Assembly: GCA_964016885.1 (NCBI GenBank)
Contig: OZ024744.1
Location: 74,028,001 to 74,092,000 of the forward strand
Length of the DNA stretch: 64,000 nucleotides
Direction: 5' to 3'
From: Eledone cirrhosa
Taxonomy: Eukaryota
In this document: positions 1 to 13,333 of the stretch, in pieces
Position numbering within the stretch: position 1 is the stretch's first letter
How the letters are laid out: each line of letters begins with the position of its first letter
The notes under the pieces: generated by a model
What the model was told of the DNA's origin: nothing
The model's database searches: none
What the model saw: the letters and a program-made list of their open reading frames with translations, nothing else
Made by a program: the position numbers and the translations under genes

Positions 1-1145
1 AAATGATACCTGTATGCCTTGAGAAATCATGACCTATGAGCTGAAAAATAAAATGTCTTAGTAGTACAGTCTATTGCCGAGTATCAATCTAGAAATGCAC
101 CACCAAGTTTAGAACGTACAGAGACGAAAGTAAAGTTACCAAAAAATCCTACACCAGCACCACAGTAATATTAGATATAAAGGGTTCCGGTTTAGGCTCA
201 AGGTCAACAATTTAGGGGGAGAGGAACGTTGACTAAATCGACCCCAGTGCGTTACTGGTACTTTATTTCATAGAACCCGTAAGTATGAAAAGCAAAGTTA
301 ACCTCGGTGGGATTTGAACTTAGAACGTAACGGATCGTAACTATAGACCGTAAAATATGTTGTCAGATGCTCTACCAGTACCAGCACTTACAACCCATTA
401 GATATAATAACAATAGTAATTCTTGTATCTAGAGTATCGATGTCAATACATAATTAATACACATATCGAATCAAGAAAGCTGAGAATCGACGGCAACTTT
501 ATAATGATTCGAACTCAGAGCAGCAAATGACAACAAAAAGAATATATATATAAGAAATTTCGTTTGGCGTTGGCTGTTTTTGACAATCCCAAACCCTTTA
601 GAAATACTGGGAATATAAACGTTTACAGATCGACTTAATAACCATTGAACCTAAGATAGGAATTTCTTCATGAAACCCCGGACAAGATATATTTAGAGAA
701 AATCCCTTTATATTTACATGATACAATCAATCAAATCTGTTAAGTGTCCTTATCAATCATGTTTAGAGTCCCTAGAGATGCTAAAAGTATATTTCTTCTT
801 CACTGCAAGATTACCTTGACGTTAGACTGCGACGAATCAAAAATTAGCATTGATGAGTTAATATTTCAGCGAGAAAGCAATGCTGTTCCATGTCAAGTTG
901 AGAACTATATAAAATGATTTCTTTCTCATAATGGAATCATTCCGATGACATGACCATGTAATTCCTTATATTAAAAACCTGTACAAGAAATTGCAGAATA
1001 TTTTAAATGAGGAGAAATTCTAAGAAGAAGAATACGAAAAAGATATATTTTTCTGACATTAAAAGTTGAACTTATCAATTCTAAGCTATTGTTGAATTGA
1101 AGAATTAATAAAAGCAAGTGGAGAAGAAGACTTGACTAACGAATT

Positions 1146-1557
1146 TCTTCTTCTTCTTCTTCTTCTTCTTCTTCTTCTTCTTCTTCTTCTTCTTCTTCTT
1201 CTTCTTCTTCTTCTTCTTCTTCTTCTTCTCCTCCTTCTTCTTCTTCTCTCTTCTTCTGCTTCTTCTGCTTCTTCTTCTTCTCCTCCTCCTCCTCCTCCTC
1301 CTCCTCCTCCTCCTCCTCCTCCTCCTCCTCCTCTTCCTTCTTCTTCTTCTTCTTCTCCTCCTCCTCCTCCTTCCTATTCTTCTTCTTCTTCTCCCCCTCC
1401 TCCTCCTCCCTCATCTTCTTCTTCTTCTTTTTCTTCTCCCCCCTCCTCCTCCTCCCTCTTCTTCTTCTTCTTCTTCTTCTTCTTCTTCTTCTTCTTCTTC
1501 TTCTTCTTCTTCTTCTTCTTCTTCTTCTTCTTCTTCTTCTTCTTCTTCTTCTTCTTC
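1146..1557. repeat. (CTT)n/(CCT)n compound trinucleotide microsatellite
   Basis: Directly visible; explains the poly-L/P/F and poly-E ORFs. Confidence 0.97.
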
Positions 1558-1835
1558 GTTTATTTCAGAGTGGAGGATAAGTTATAACAATTTTCGACAT
1601 ACAGCTTTGAGTAGACTTACGTATATTTCTCATACAACAACTATTTTCATTAGCTTAATATAACATTAGTTAATTGCTTTCTGGAAAGGCTTCAGAGAGA
1701 GAATGTATACATCATAAAAATAAATTATATATGAACCCATTGTAGAACGTGGGATTTTTCGTAAAAGGCCTAAAACAATTATAAAACTATATGTGTCTGA
1801 CTATACATGAATATGTATATATATTCACGAAGAAG

Positions 1836-1889
<54 letters not shown>

Positions 1890-2063
1890 CTGTGTAGACA
1901 CATGTCCATACATGTAGCATATTCAATACAAATGATTATTTACATCTACACACACTCAATCTCAGAAATACACGTACACATGTTATGTAATTCTCTCTCT
2001 CTCTCTCTCTCACTCTCTTCCGCTCTCTCTTTCATACTCTCTCCTTTTTTCTTTCTCCGTACA

Positions 2064-2109
<46 letters not shown>

Positions 2110-2439
2110 ACACATATATATATATATATACATGGGTGAGCGTGTTCATGTTTGGCGGTTTACCATGTACATACAGAAAGGATACAAACAAAAAGGCAAT
2201 TTCACAAGCACACACACACACACAACTATATTTATTGAACCTTGTTACTGAGAGGTAAAGTTGAACTCGGCGAGGTTTGCACGTAAACAGTCAAAACAGT
2301 TGCAAGTGGCATTCTATTAGATGTCTCCTAATTCTGTGAATATATTACGAAGTGCGCTAGTGCTACCGAAGTGAGTTATATCTGTACATATAAATAGTGG
2401 GTAATCGAGACTGCATTAATATGTTTATAAAGATACACA

Positions 2440-2950
2440 TATTTAATGTGTAAGCATGGAAACGTGCGAGAAGATACAAATTTCACTATAAATTGAAAAA
2501 AACGATAAACATCTTTAATTTATTTTCGGACCTAGTTGGGTGCTCGTCAGAAGACGTGTATATTATCCAAACAACCACAAAGAAATATGTATTTGATGGG
2601 TATATATACCGATTCGTTTTTAGTATTATTCTGAAATGGACATAATAATATGCATATAATTAGCGCTCGTGTTTTATAACTAATTAAGATGTTTGCTATA
2701 TATAATATATATCTTAATTGCTAACACGAGCGCTAATTTCATGCAAATTAGTACTTCCGTTTCAGAATAATATTACCAGCGAATGGTTAATGATACTCAT
2801 CAAATACATGTTTCTTTGTAGTTGTTTGGCTGATGTACACCCCTTATGATGAGGGTCCAATTAGGTCCGAAAATTGATTAAAGGTGTTTATCATTTTACA
2901 CCGAAATTCGCATCTTCTGCCATGTTTACATGACTACATATTAGATATGT
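2440..2950. mobile_element. Fold-back (inverted-repeat) HHR-containing non-autonomous element
   Basis: Diverged arms of about 250 bp (2440-2690 and 2710-2950) around a TA-rich centre. Each arm has an HHR core, and ATGCAAAT lies at 2741. Confidence 0.8.
2509..2557 (-). ncRNA. Type I hammerhead ribozyme (minimal)
   Basis: Minus strand acgtctt-CTGACGAG-cacc caacta ggtc-CGAAA-ataaat-TA-aagatgt; mirrored degenerate copy at 2838-2887 (+). Confidence 0.75.
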
Positions 2951-3038
2951 GTATATATATGTGTATATCTATGTGTATATATATGTGTATCTATGTGTAT
3001 ATATATGTATGGTGCAGTCTCAGTTACCCACACATACG

Positions 3039-3069
<31 letters not shown>

Positions 3070-3176
3070 GTGTGTGTGTCTGTGTGTGTGTGTGTGCACG
3101 TGTATGTATGTGTGTATCTGTGTGTATCCATATATATATATATATATGGATACACACAGATACACACATACATATA

Positions 3177-3767
3177 GGATTCCTTTTCCTTTGAGCACAT
3201 TATTGACAGGGAATAACGAGAGTCTATGGCTCCGTTAATTTATCGTGATATTTCGCTCTCTCTCTGTTTGGTTGAGCACACTTCTTTGAGTGGTTTTTGA
3301 GCTGCCCTTTCTAGCAGCTCGTCCCTCAGATACCACTGGTTCACTGCCCTAAACACGCTGTGACATCTCTCTACCGCGTGCAGCTGGACGGTCGCTTTAG
3401 ATTCACTTAGAGTTGTCTGGAATGTATAGTCTTACACACGCTGATGAACCATAGGCTATTCCATTTCAGTCAACAACTTACTGGCGAAACAGATCTCTTT
3501 AGATTTGTACGCGTGTGTTATATAGTTATAGAGGTGCGTATATACATTTTAATTTATATTTTTAATTATTGTGTGTCTACCCTGCCTTCCATAGATTATA
3601 CATTCCATACACGGGTGGTTTTTCCCTGTTTTATTGATGGAGCACTATCTCGCTCTAGTGTGTTACCTTTTCAACATATTGTATTTTAAAGAGCCCAAGA
3701 TTCCTTTTCCTTTGAGCACATTATTGACAGGGAATAACGAGAGTCTATGGCTCCGTTAATTTATCGT

Positions 3768-3768
<1 letters not shown>
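3177..3768 (+). mobile_element. Retrozyme-like element, monomer about 520 bp with about 70 bp terminal direct repeat
   Basis: 3177-3247 repeated at 3699-3768; ends in (TA)n; internal HHR; second copy at 29172-30062 on the minus strand. Confidence 0.85.
3434..3518 (+). ncRNA. Type I hammerhead ribozyme
   Basis: acacacg-CTGATGA-acca...tggc-GAAA-cagatct cttt agatttg-TA-cgcgtgt; hairpin stem III and GUA cleavage triplet; homolog at 29530-29612 (-). Confidence 0.85.
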
Positions 3769-3827
<59 letters not shown>

Positions 3828-4449
3828 GAGAGGGAGAGAGCGAGAGAGAGTTACCACACATACGCGCACACACACAGACACACACACACACACACACTCA
3901 CACACACATATATATGTGTGTGTGTGTGTGTGTATGTGTGTATGTACGTGTGTATATGTGTGTATCCATTTATATATATATAGAGAGAGAGAGAGAAAGA
4001 GATAAATATGTGTGTGTGTATGTGTGCGTGTATCACACATATATATATATATATATATGTACATGTGTATGTGCGTGTATGTGTTTGTGTGTGTGAGTCT
4101 GTGTGTATATATATAAAAACAGGACTGTGAGTGAAATCAATTATGTCTTATTTATTATGATTTTTTTTCATGTTTTATTGTGTTCTTTAAGTTTGCTTTG
4201 GAACAGTTAGGTTCGTGTATCCCTAAATCGAGATATTCCCTACCTCATCTGCAGAATAAAATTGATTGTAGCAATGGCCTATTGTTTGAGCATTTTCTAG
4301 TGGTTGCCAAGTATTGTAAGAGTACTCATAAACCTCCAATGATGGATTTAAGAAAATTATTTTACGGTTAAATCCTGATAGTTTTCTTTGTTAATTTCAT
4401 ATAGGCTGTATCTGTGTTTATTTTTTATTTTTATTTTGCTACTTGTAAA

Positions 4450-4700
4450 ATGTTCATTGATAATCTCCTCGTTTTATTTAAGATTCTATATAGAATTCTA
4501 ATATTACCAAGAAATATTTATTTATCAAATTGTGCTACATGTATTCTATCTATTACGAGAGATGCACTTTAGTCTTGATGTAACTGCTCGGCCAAACGTT
4601 GAGAAAGTGTCGTGTTTATGTACGAGATTATAAATTGAGTTCAAATGTATTCAATACATTTGTTGTTCAAAGTATTTTCTGTAGATTGCTAGTTTGTGGT
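4450..4700 (-). pseudogene. Highly decayed PLE GIY-YIG endonuclease fragment
   Basis: Minus-strand translation SYINTTLSQRLAE...LVILEFYI resembles the YIGxTxxxLxxRLxEH...LxxLEAxxI motifs. Confidence 0.4.
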
Positions 4701-5030
4701 TTTATGTTGATGGGGGAAGATTTTCATTGTTGCTTTTTTTTAGATTAAAAAAAAAATGATTTAAAAAAATTAATTCTAATGAAATCGTGGTTAGGAACGG
4801 GTTTGAGCGTTTTACTTAGTCCAGCGATACTTTACAACCAGTGCAAAGCAACAAACAAAAATACTTATTAACATATCGTTTATTCTGAACAGGATTTGAA
4901 GGTCTTGAAATGTTAAGAAACATATAAATGGTAAGAATGGTATTGCTCCTGACAAAACAGTAATAAAAAAAACGGAATATGAAAAAGACGTAATAAAAAG
5001 GAGCATTCCTTTAATATAACACTAGCTGGC

Positions 5031-5075
5031 CTGTCCGACTGGCGCTCGGCTAGGTATACCGGCATTTTATCTTTT
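5031..5075 (-). mobile_element. Helitron-like 3' terminus (GC-rich hairpin plus CTAG)
   Basis: Minus strand gccgagcgccagtcggacaggccagCTAGt. Confidence 0.5.
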
Positions 5076-5233
5076 CAGGAATCGCCTCGCTACTCCAGTG
5101 CAAAGATACCTTACGCCCTCTCAAGTCAGCGAGGGTGGAGGGGGTTAACGTGCTCTGATGTTGGGTTTGAATAGTTTTAGAATTCCCCAGTTCAGCAGCC
5201 AGTACGTTAAAGAAAATTGATAGTTACAATAAT

Positions 5234-5418
5234 TGTTTCTACTTTAGGCACAAGGCCAGCAATTACGCAGTGCATTACTGGTACTTTATTTTATCGACCC
5301 CGTAAGGATGAAAGGCAAAGTCAACCTCGGCGGGATTTGAACTCAGATCGTAAAGGGACGTAACTATGCTGGAAAGCATGGCGTCCGACCCTCTACCGAT
5401 ACTGCTAATCCACCGCCT
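5234..5418 (-). mobile_element. tRNA-derived SINE (family 1), full length
   Basis: Minus-strand A-box TAGCAGTATCGG and B-box GAGTTCAAATCC; TSD tgatagttacaataat on both sides; multiple copies in the window. Confidence 0.92.
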
Positions 5419-7028
5419 TTGATAGTTACAATAATAAAGGCTGGACAGAGAACACATTTTTTAACAAACTTTACAATAATTTGTACTACCATAATGGAAA
5501 TTCCAAGTAACAGAAAATACATAAATTACATTGTTAGAGCATCAGAGTATATAATATTTTTTGTTAGGCTCTCGGGAGCAAAGATGAAGAGATTGTTTGG
5601 CGAGTTCACCCTAGAACATCCTACATACAATTTACCATGGGATAAGCATGGTTTTCCCAGATGAAGGCCAGCCACTTTTAGGATTTGACCCTGAGTTTTG
5701 TTGGGGGTAATCGCGAAGCTTGGTTTCTCTGTTGCTCTAGTAACATTTTTTTCTTCTGGAAAATCTGATCTTGCGGCCAGGCTGGGACTTTTGGGGTCGC
5801 TTATCGGCAGTAAAAAGGATGATAAGCTGTCTGAGCTTTCGTGAAATAAATACGTTTGTTTATTTATTTTTTTTTTGTATGCAAAAATATCTGTACACGA
5901 ATATATAATTATATATATATATTTATATATATATATATATAAATTAATAAAGACAATGAAATAAAAACAAAGAACATGTTCCTTATATTGAAAAAAATTA
6001 TCATTTTACGATTGTTTCTGGGATATATGTGTGTTGGTATGTATATCATATTAAAGATCTATGTAAACAAATTACAAATTATCAGAGGAGACATACATAC
6101 CTTCACTTATACATGCCATTTTCAGAAATGATGAAGTATGTTTATTGAAACAACGTATTAATACAAAAAGTCTGTTTGGGAACAGGTTTTGAATTGACCA
6201 ATAGAAAAGAGTTAGAGGTCCAGTTGATAGAATATCAGTAGTAGAAGTTATGCTAGGAGTGGAGGAATATAAAATAATGCTTTGAATGAAAAGAATACAG
6301 TGGGGAAGAGAAAGGGGTTAAAATGAGGTCAAGTCAATGAGATAGTGAGTGATTCTCAAAAAAGAAATTGATGTTATTAAAGAATGCTGTTAAAAACGAA
6401 GGGAAAATAATTTTTTGTTGGATGAGAGTGTTAGTGAGAAAAACTATTACTGTTTAAGTTTCAAGGAACCACGATGCATAAAGGGAAGTTAAATTAATTG
6501 AAAGGCATACTTACAGAGTTAAAATTATATTAATTCTTATGAATGTGATAAATAAAGAAGTAAAAAAAGTAAAAAATAAAAAATATATAAAAAAATATAT
6601 ATAGAAAGACTGAAATAGATAAAATGTTATGAGAAGTAGTGTGTCTATCTAAACATCCATAATATTAAAGATATAAATTATATTTACTAATCCTAGGTAT
6701 TATATGCGATAGATAGGGGATGCGGTTAAAAGAAGTAGTAGTGAGTTTAAAGATAACTTTAGGTAAAATGGGCTGCAGGAGGGAAATAAAATTATGAAAT
6801 TCTTTGTAGTAAATATCCAATTATAGGTTAACTAAATTAAACAATTTTTTTTAAATTAATTATAATAGTTTGTAAAATATAAGAGTGAGGTATATATTAA
6901 TTAAGTTTATAATATTTGAATGTTTTTCTAATTCTATGATTGCATGATATAATTAACTCCTGTCGCTTATTTAATAGGATATTATTGGATATCATTAGAT
7001 ATATATTAGGATATAAATATCCAACCAC

Positions 7029-9318
7029 ATGGATATTGATAATTATAATGAGTTCATTTATAAAGAACTCAGGAAAAGTTATAAAAAAACAAATAAAGCA
7101 GCTCTTACCGATATGAACAACAAAACATACAACATAGTAAATAAACTCAATATTGAAGACAGAACTGAAACCTTGGCACTGAAAAAACCGCACTTTAACC
7201 TGAAAAATCACAAATCTAATTTCAACTCTAATCCTTCTATAAGACTTATATGCCCTTCCAAATCAGACATTGGCATCATAAGCAAAATAAATTCTGGATA
7301 GAATTATCCCACAATTAAGAAAACACGTTAATTTACCACTCTGGGAAAACACATCCCAAGTGATTACTTGGTTTACTAATATTGAAAATAAATCCTCTGC
7401 GTCATTTCTACAATTCGATATAGATGCATATTATTCCTCTATATCACCCATACTCCTGAACAAAGCCTTAATATTTGCCAAAAATAGATCAGACTTAACT
7501 ATGGATGACATCAATATTATCACGCATGCTAGACAAACACTACATGAATTTCAGGAGTATTAGACCAGAAATACATATAGTAATCTCTTCGACATAACTA
7601 TGGGCTCGAGTGATTCTGCCCAAATTACCGATCTTGTGGGCCTTTTTCTTCTATTTAACATTAATTCATCTTTTCCCCATCTTAAAGGTGGTTTATATCG
7701 TGATGACCTATTTTCATCTTTCCACTAACCTTAGCTATCAGAAATTGAAAAAAATAAAAAACTTATTAGAACTTTCCTCAAAGACTATTATAATCTCACT
7801 ATTACATTTGAAAACACCAGTAAAATAGTCAATTTCCTAGATATAACTATGGAACTATCTACAGGTGTCTACCAACCTTACCATAAACCTAACCAAAACT
7901 TGCATTACATACACTCACAATCTAATCACCCTAGATCTATCCTTAAAAACCTTTCATAAAATCATGATGTATTCGATAAAAACGCGCCCTTTTATAATGA
8001 AGCTTTAGCTAGAAATGGCCATAAGAACAAATTAGTCTATATACCTTGCACCAATAATATTTCAAACATACAACCTAATATTACCAACAAACACCAAATG
8101 AAAAACCCACACCTGAATGCCACTCATACTACATCTAAAAACACCAACACCAATCTTAAATTCTCTACCTCTTCTCACATAAAAGATAATGACCTTCAAA
8201 AAACCATTCACCCTAATACTCTTACATATGTCAACAACATAACTAACACAATTCCTAGTAATCAGACTAAAACATCAATTAATCTAACTAAACCTATATA
8301 TAATAAAATCACTAATAGTAACTCTATCAATAAACCTCCCGATACATCATATAAATATAAGAAAGAATGTCGAAACCGTAATAGACGGGTTACTTGGTAT
8401 AATGCTCCATTTAATCTACAGATTAAAGACAATATCCCTAAAAAATTATTTTCTATCCTGGAAAAAAACTTCCCACCAAACCATAAATACCATCAAATTT
8501 TAAATAGATCTACTGTCAAATTTTCCTACTCCACTACCAAGAATATACAACATAATATAAGTGCTTACAACATATATAAGTGTAAAAAAACATAATTATA
8601 CCACAAACACATCAAACCAACCTTAATAATACTAAAATAAACCAAAACAAACCACCTTCTTCTTCACCTATAATAGGTCCTGTAAACTCCACGTCAATTT
8701 TGACTAATAATCTCCAAAACAATCACAACTCTACTAGCTCCACATCCCCTAAACTATCACCCACCAACAACCTGTCTAACCATACTAATCTAATTACAAC
8801 CCATTCTAAACAATACATTAATGAAAATAGTAACACTAATACCACTATAGATAACACAATTAACTCTCCTGATACAATATTTACGAATGGCTGTAACTGT
8901 AGAATCAAAAGAAATTTCCCATTAAAGGGAAATTGTCTTAATAATAACATAGTCTATAAATGTGTAATTAATACTAAGGACTCCACTCAATCCTATATAG
9001 GAGCTACGTCTAACCAATTTAAAGTAAGATTTAATACCCACAAACATAGTTTTAAAAATGCCGCATTAGCTAATACAACCTCCTAAGCTGAAGCAATTAA
9101 TAATTATAGAAAGAAGGATATTGATTACAACCTGACCTGGAGCGTGCTCAAAAGGGCCACCCCTTATCAAAATAGCAGATATGAAGGTAGGTTATGATCC
9201 CAAGAACTATTTGAAATCATGAAATCTAATGATATCCTATTAAATAAGCGACAGGAGTTTTTTTTATATCATGCAATCATAGAATTAGAAAAACCTTCAA
9301 ATATTATAAACTTAATTA
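7029..9318 (+). pseudogene. PLE reverse transcriptase plus C-terminal GIY-YIG endonuclease (frameshifted, with stops)
   Basis: [102 protein letters not shown]. Confidence 0.93.
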
Positions 9319-9828
9319 ATATATACCTCACTCTTATATTTTACATATTATTATAATTAATTTTTTTAATTTAGTTAACCTATAATTGGATATTTACTAC
9401 AAAGAATTTCATAATTGTATTCCCCTCCTGCAGCTCACTTTACCTAAAGTTATCTTTAACCTCACTACTTCTTTTAACCGCATCTCCATCTATCACATTT
9501 AATACCTAGGATTAGTAAATATAATTAATGTCTTTAATATTATGGATGTTTAGATAGATACTTTTTATAAAATGTTATCTATTTCAGTCTTTCTATATAT
9601 ATTTGTTTATATATCTAATGATATCCAATGATATTCTATTAAATAAGCGACAGGAGTTAAATATCATGCAATCATTGAATTAGAAAAACCTTCAAATATT
9701 ATAAACTTAATTAAAATTCTACTACTGATATTCTATCAACTGGACCTCTAACTCTTTTCTATTGGTCAATTCAAAACCTGTTCCCAAAAATACTTTTTGT
9801 ATTAATACGTTGTTTCAATAAACATACT

Positions 9829-9967
9829 TCATCATTTCTGAAAATGACATGTATAAGTGAAGGTATGTATATCTCTTCTGATAATTTGTAATTTGTTTAC
9901 ATAGATCTTTAATGTGATATACATACCAACACACATATATATCCCAGAAACGATCGTAAAATGATGA
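9829..9967 (+). ncRNA. PLE pseudo-LTR hammerhead ribozyme with about 100-nt stem II
   Basis: 9-bp stem I tcatcattt/aaatgatga; core CTGAAAA (CTGAAGA in the paralog at 37011-37148); GAAA-cgatcg-TA palindromic stem III. Confidence 0.75.
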
Positions 9968-10212
9968 TTTTTTTTTCAATATAAGGAACCTGTTCTTTGC
10001 TTTTATTTCATTGTTTTCCTTAATTTACCCTGACTCTGTTTTCCTATGATTTTTATCGTTAAATTTTGAATGCATTTTCTCATTTCATGATATCTTCTAT
10101 ATTTGGATTATATTGAGTTCTTCATAGGGATTGGACACTGCCGTTTATTTTGGTAGATTTATCTACACACACACACACACACACACGCACACACACACAC
10201 ACATATATATAT

Positions 10213-11698
10213 AAGAGGATCAAGGAGATCAAGGAGGGCAAGGCTCATGAAGAAGATGGAGTGGCATCAGAGGTGATGAAGAGGTGTGATTTTGATGATA
10301 TCATCCTGGGGTTCTGTAACGGGGCACTGGAGAAAGGAGTTGTCCCGAATCAGTGGAGGATCAGTAACATCGTCCCAGTGCCGAAGAAGGGAGATCTCTC
10401 TAACACCAACAACTACCGGGGGATCTCACTGACGTCACTTGTGGCAAAGACCCTCAACAGGATGATTCTTAACAGGATCCAGCCTGAGATGGAGAAGAAG
10501 CTCAGGGACAACCAGAACGGCTTCAGAGAGGGTAGATCAACCAGTCACATCCTGATGCTGAGAGGATATTAGAGGGAGCTAGAGCAAAGTGCCTTCCTGC
10601 GGTCATAGTTTTCATTGACTTTAGGAAGGCCTTTGATTCTGTGGACCGTTACTGCCTGATGAAGATCTTACAGGCTTATGGAATCCCCAAGAGGATAGTG
10701 GACCTGATATCACTGCTCTACACCAACACCAAAGCCCATGTCATTACACCTGATGGGATGACAGAGTTCTTTGAGATACTGGCTGGAGTGCTCCAGGGAG
10801 ATACATTGGCTCCCTACCTTTTTATCATCGTAGTGGACTATTGTATGCGCCTTGCACTGGAGAAACACCAGGACTCTGGCTTTACTGTAGCACCGGCTCA
10901 GAGCAGGAGAGTTGGGGCGTAAAAGGTATCGGATGCTGAATTTGCCGACGACATAGTTTGGGTGACAAATACAGTGAAGGAGACAGAGGATTTGATGCGG
11001 GAGGTTGAGACTGTGTCGATGAGTGTGGGGCTGAGAATGAATGAGACTAAAACAAAATATCTGGTAGAGATGTTGAGAAGCCAGAGGGGATCACTAATGT
11101 AGGCGGGAAGCCGCTGGAATTGGTTGAGGACTTCCTGTATTTGGGAGCAAAGATTGGGAATACGGAAGATGATGTGGTTGAGAGGAAGAGCAAGGCCTGG
11201 GCGGCGTGTCACAGCTTGAGATCGGTGTGGAAGTCGGACCTTCGTAGAGACCTGAAAATCCGCCTCTTCATTGCTGTAGTGGAGTCTGTGCTGCTGTATG
11301 GGTCTGAGACTTGGACACTGACCAAGAGACTCACTCAGATGGTGGATGGGTGCTACACGACAATGCTGAGGATGGCTCTGAACATTAATCAGTATACACA
11401 GAGGATGAAAAACTCAGAGCTGTATGGGAGCATCCCAAAAGTCAGCTCAAAAGTGACACAGAGGAGACTGAGGTTGGCTGGACATGCTCACCGACATCCA
11501 GAGTTAACATTGCACTCAGTGCTCCTTTGGGAGCCCCTACATGGACACACTAGAAGAGGAAGACCAAGGTTAACATATGTTGATGCCCTAAGGACAGACA
11601 CTGGTCTGTTGGAGATGCAGGATATGGCAGCGATAATAAGGGACAGAGACCGCTGGAGAGAACTCGTCCATGGATCTCGGGAATTTTTCCCGCCTTAG

Positions 11699-11699
<1 letters not shown>
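10213..11699 (+). mobile_element. RTE-clade LINE, 5'-truncated, decayed RT
   Basis: IVPVPKKGDLSNTNNYRGISL, QNGFREGRST, GVLQGDTLAPYLF, FADD, FLYLG, LLYGSETW; flanked by (TA)n. Confidence 0.93.
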
Positions 11700-11729
<30 letters not shown>

Positions 11730-11736
11730 TCTGTTA

Positions 11737-11797
<61 letters not shown>

Positions 11798-11802
<5 letters not shown>

Positions 11803-12298
11803 TAACAGATTAAAATTTAAACAAAGAATCGCTGCTTTCACCCTTAACGGGATCTTATGAAACTAAAAAAATTACAATCTGTGAACGCAGAAGTAGATGT
11901 TTCGAAAAACGTTGCAACCGAAGGAAAACAGGAAGAAGATACTTTGGTTCGTCAAGACAGGCAGATAATCTAAGCGTGCGACGTTATAGCTATGTATCTA
12001 ATGCAGACATCAGGCATATAAGGGTGCGACGTTATAGCTATGTATCTATCTAAAAATACAGACTAAGAAAGAGAGGGGGATGTCGTACAACCGGAAGTGT
12101 TGACATTTGAAAATTTTAAAGAAGTGAATATATAAATAAACGATAAAATATCTTTAATCTTTTAACGAAATTTAGAAGACAAAAATAGCCTCACTTTCCT
12201 ACTTTGAGAAAGTCACATCTATGGTGCAAATTTGGTGCTGTTCGGTCCAGCCGTTTGGCAAAAAGTTTGTTACCAGCAGGCAGCTTTATAATATAGAT
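11798..12298. mobile_element. Composite non-autonomous Helitron-like repeat
   Basis: Left part ttaaaataacagattaa... recurs at 45177-45310 and 52610-52770. The right end on the minus strand starts TCTATATTATAAAG...AAACGGCTGGACCG, and an internal segment is shared with 49590-49650. Confidence 0.55.
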
Positions 12299-12316
12299 TT
12301 GAGGGGAAAACTGGTG

Positions 12317-12393
<77 letters not shown>

Positions 12394-12718
12394 CACACAT
12401 ACACATGTATGTATATATTTCCACGAATATATACATAACTTCATATGAAAGTTTGTGTATGTGTGTTTATTTATATATGTTGTATGCATATTTGTGTGTA
12501 TGTGTAAGCGATAGAAAATTATTTTGTAACATACTAAGAAAAGTAACATGAATTTGCTGTCAGTAAGATTTATCTCTCACTTCATTTCTTTATATAAATT
12601 GTACACATGTATATTTGAGCGGTAGTATGTCCAATACGAAGGTTTCTTTAGGTGTTATCCTTATTATATTAATCTCAACACGATTCCTCTACTCTTCTTA
12701 TGTTGTTGCCTATATGCC

Positions 12719-12765
<47 letters not shown>

Positions 12766-12810
12766 TTGTGTGTGTGTGTTTGTGTGTGTGTGCGTTTGTG
12801 TGTGTGTGTA

Positions 12811-13142
<332 letters not shown>

Positions 13143-13160
13143 ATATATATATATATATAT

Positions 13161-13333
13161 AATGTTGAATAATGAAACGAATAAGTCAAGATTTAGTAGT
13201 AAATTAAACCGGGTTTACGATCGTTTCAGAGAGCCAGAAAAAGAAAAATTTGCCTAATCGAATTATAAAATCTCCATAGTATTAGACACCTCAAAATACA
13301 TCCATTTTGCCGTCCATTGTCAGATAGACTCAC

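Larger units (their letters stand above)
5941..10165 (+). mobile_element. Penelope-like element (Nematis-like), 5'-truncated with an inverted pseudo-LTR
   Basis: 5941-7000 is the reverse complement of the element's 3' region; a decayed RT/GIY-YIG ORF follows; flanked by TA/CA microsatellites. Confidence 0.92.

Noticed and set aside
170-380. Degenerate SINE family 1-like remnants here and near 18000-18100 and 38660-38760
   Set aside because: Too decayed to delimit; not listed as separate features.
1132-1587. ORFs of poly-L/P/F/E and the many YI-, CV-, HT- and RE-repeat ORFs across the window
   Set aside because: They are translations of microsatellites, not genes.
9181-9210. In-frame TGA at a conserved Cys (CRLC) as possible selenocysteine, as in some Naiad PLEs
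   Set aside because: The paralog at about 36165-36180 has TGC and the ORF has many other lesions; the domain order is RT-EN, not Naiad-type.
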